The notes under the pieces are model-generated. The model saw only the letters and a list, made by a program, of their open reading frames with translations, was not told the DNA's origin and ran no database searches. Source: Candidatus Latescibacterota bacterium (GTDB taxonomy: Bacteria; Latescibacterota; UBA2968; UBA8231). From it: a DNA stretch of 64,000 bases. The stretch covers positions 960,001-1,024,000 of the forward strand of contig OZ242318.1 of NCBI GenBank assembly GCA_965208105.1. Direction: 5' to 3'. Both the position numbers and the translations under genes were made by a program. Of the stretch, positions 61,934 to 64,000 are shown piece after piece. The stretch's first letter is position 1. Every line of letters starts with the position of its first letter.

Positions 61934-62851
61934 TCACCCCGACTCTCTAATTTTGATCCTGGCCCGATCATTGTCCTCCAGGAGAAGCCTGAAGCCCGAT
62001 GGATAGGAAGATGGAATCTCGTAATTGACTGCTCTGTAACGAAAAGCACAACGGGCGTACCAGGGATAGGGATCCCCTTCGGCTCTCGACCACGGTCCCC
62101 AATTTCCGTTGTCTCCGCCACGCATCACAATGCTCCCATCCGAACTTGAATCTCTGGGGTCAGGTCCCACCGGATCAATTTCGTCTCTGTCTTCGTACTT
62201 CCTCTTCCCGTCAAGGGTATACTCCCACACCCCGCCCAGTATTTGCACCAGCCCCCAGGGATTGGGCTGGGTAGTGTAGCGGATTATGGATTCCGCTTTC
62301 TCGGGATCGTCTCCGGTCCACCATATCGTGGTGGTGCCCGCGCGTGCGGCATATTCCCATTCGGCTTCTGTGGGCAGGCGGAAGGTCAGGCCTGTTTGTT
62401 CGTTCAACAGGCCAATGTAATTCTGAATTTCACTCCAAGAAATTTTATTTATGGAGATTCTGAAGGGAGGCACCTTTTCGTCGGGATCCATGATGGCATA
62501 CCATTGTTTTTTTCTCACTTCGTATTTCCCCAGATAGAAGGGTTTGGTTATGGTGACTTTGTGCTGAGGACTTTCAAGGGAAATGGTTATTTCTTCGTAT
62601 CTGGTCGGATGAGCTTCTTTTTCCTTTTTATTAAAGCTTTTCCACTCTTCGATTAACTCCCTGGACGTGCCCATGAGAAAGGATCCGGGCTCGATCCGCA
62701 CGAAATCCATGAACTCATCGTCGGATACCCTTACCCTGACTTCCTCTATCTCCCTGTTGCCTGGAGCCTCCCTGGCTGTCGGTTTCGGGCGATCCTCCCG
62801 TGCGCACGACATAAATCCAAGCGCCAGAACTACAAATATTAAAGTATTCAT
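61934..62851 (-). CDS. FGE-sulfatase (SUMF1-like, CLec fold) domain lipoprotein
   Basis: Lipobox-like LGFMSC. FVRIEPGSFLMG, PQHKVTITKPFYLGKYEV, FRLPTEAEWEYAARAG, PNPWGL, VWEY, RGG, GFRL. More AT-rich than the flanks. Confidence 0.88.
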   Translation of the reverse strand: MNTLIFVVLALGFMSCAREDRPKPTAREAPGNREIEEVRVRVSDDEFMDFVRIEPGSFLMGTSRELIEEWKSFNKKEKEAHPTRYEEITISLESPQHKVTITKPFYLGKYEVRKKQWYAIMDPDEKVPPFRISINKISWSEIQNYIGLLNEQTGLTFRLPTEAEWEYAARAGTTTIWWTGDDPEKAESIIRYTTQPNPWGLVQILGGVWEYTLDGKRKYEDRDEIDPVGPDPRDSSSDGSIVMRGGDNGNWGPWSRAEGDPYPWYARCAFRYRAVNYEIPSSYPSGFRLLLEDNDRARIKIRESG

Positions 62852-63045
62852 TGCCCGCATGGCATAAGGACAAATAGGCCAGGGCAAGATTTAGGGCATC
62901 CCCTCCCGCGAGAATGATCAAGACTCCCCACAGGTGCGTCTTGCCCTGGCACTGGTATTTGAGGAGGTGGGAAAAAATAAGATAATCCACTGCAAATCCA
63001 GAATTTTTTTTATTTTACCTTGCGATTTTTGAGGCCGAGGCGAGG

Positions 63046-63546
63046 ATGGTGGATATCCTGGCCGGCAAGCTGGGCACCAGCAGGAAGTTCATCCTCTATC
63101 CTGCCCAGAGGACCGGGACTGTGCATACGGCGGCTGAGTACACTATAAACTCCCATCTGACTACGGTCTCCAACGTGGTTCATGAAATTGGGACCTGGGA
63201 TACGCATCAGTACACCGATGGCGTGCGCAATGACCTGGCCGAGGACCAAGGATCCCGTAACTACATCTTTGCCGTGCAGCAGGGCCGGCGCGACATCGAA
63301 GATGAGGATCACAAGCACTACCACGCCGACGACCGTATCAACGAGCGCACAGGGCGCATCAAGGACCTTCTGGAGCATGCCCTGGATCCTGATCGTGGCT
63401 CCAATCCGTGGAACAACAGCATATTCTTCTGGAATAGATGGAGTGAAGATGATGCGGAGGATGAAGACTTTCAGGATCCAGACACCTTCATTACCGTCGC
63501 TGAGCAGCAGGCCTACATGAACAAGGTGAAAGAGGCGCTCACCTAG
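63046..63546 (+). CDS. Hypothetical protein, probably the C-terminal remnant of a larger gene
   Basis: 166-aa open frame without a clear RBS, VVHEIGTWDTH zincin-like but non-canonical motif, followed by a terminator. Confidence 0.5.
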   Translation: MVDILAGKLGTSRKFILYPAQRTGTVHTAAEYTINSHLTTVSNVVHEIGTWDTHQYTDGVRNDLAEDQGSRNYIFAVQQGRRDIEDEDHKHYHADDRINERTGRIKDLLEHALDPDRGSNPWNNSIFFWNRWSEDDAEDEDFQDPDTFITVAEQQAYMNKVKEALT

Positions 63547-63570
63547 CTTCCAGGGCCAGCAAACCACAAC

Positions 63571-63606
63571 AGCCGCCCCCTTTCCCGGAGGCGGCTTTTT
63601 CTTTTC
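63571..63606 (+). terminator. Rho-independent terminator
   Basis: AGCCGCC-ccctttcccgga-GGCGGCT hairpin followed by TTTTCTTTT, 25 bp after the stop at 63546. Confidence 0.75.
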
Positions 63607-63854
63607 TGGGGAGGTGTGGAGGAAATGGGGATACTATCGGAGCGACATTCCCTTCAGATAAGGAAAAGAAGAGGAACCGCGGAGGCCCGGGAAAGTTCTA
63701 TCACGAGGGACTTTCCCTAACCGATTTTATGAATGCAAGCTCGGTCGAAGAACCGGCAAACGATCCTCAGGAAGCTGCCTGACCCTGCCGGAGCGCTCGG
63801 CGCCTTGACCGAGAGTCCAGAAAGGCGCCTCATTTTGCCTAAACTTCATTCCCC
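63607..63854 (+). mobile_element. Internally deleted IS1595-like element (MITE-like), repeat copy 5
   Basis: One frame reads PSDKEKKRNRGGPGKFYHEGLSLTDFMN|ASSVEEPANDPQEAA*: an IS1595-type N-terminal PGKxxxxG(I/L)SL fused to the C-terminal tail seen at 58150. Imperfect inverted ends AGGTGTGGAGGAAATGGGG / CCTCATTTTGCCTAAACTT. Confidence 0.62.
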
Positions 63855-64000
63855 TGTCCAGGTCAGGGTGCAGCCTTTCCAGAGGTTCACAGCTTCGGTA
63901 ATCGGTGCAAACGCTTGCTCGGGCGCCTCATTGCCGCCGGCCAGCCTTCTAAATATAGGGAGGGACAATTCCCACCAAAAAACCACTAATCATAGGCGAA

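Noticed and set aside
61934-62851. Complete diversity-generating retroelement
   Set aside because: No reverse transcriptase, accessory gene or template repeat is visible in the window.
43629-63846. Dispersed repeat interpreted as a CRISPR array or integron attC sites
   Set aside because: Copies are kilobases apart with no spacer periodicity, there is no RYYYAAC...GTTRRRY architecture, and no cas or intI gene is present.

Overview
High-GC bacterial accessory region built as a patchwork of about 45 mostly single-gene catabolic modules, separated by at least 15 gene relics and IS scars. It opens with the end of rpiA and a TRAP transporter (dctPQM). It then carries katG followed closely by an ERG4/ERG24-type sterol reductase, an IlvD/Edd dehydratase, a DMFase large-subunit homolog, a GcvT-type FAD oxidoreductase, amidase, AlkA-like glycosylase, hpt and RidA. 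Several families are expanded: seven uncharacterised SxDGxxW beta-propeller hydrolase-like proteins, two (plus one relic) 'RRRRIIYNNDG' TIM-barrel glycosidase-like proteins, and six PhyH-type 2OG-Fe(II) loci, one of them a tandem protein with a halogenase-like HxG motif. This repertoire resembles Latescibacterota/Poribacteria-like marine or sponge-associated bacteria (inference only). The most notable non-coding structures are (i) a related 35-bp palindrome in front of both AAA_14/DUF4143 ATPase-nuclease paralogs, (ii) five same-strand copies of a 45-245 bp element that looks like the right end of an IS1595-like transposon, and (iii) three TA loci whose toxins are destroyed or missing. No rRNA, tRNA, CRISPR array, integron integrase or reverse transcriptase was seen. 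All family assignments come from motif recognition, not database searches.
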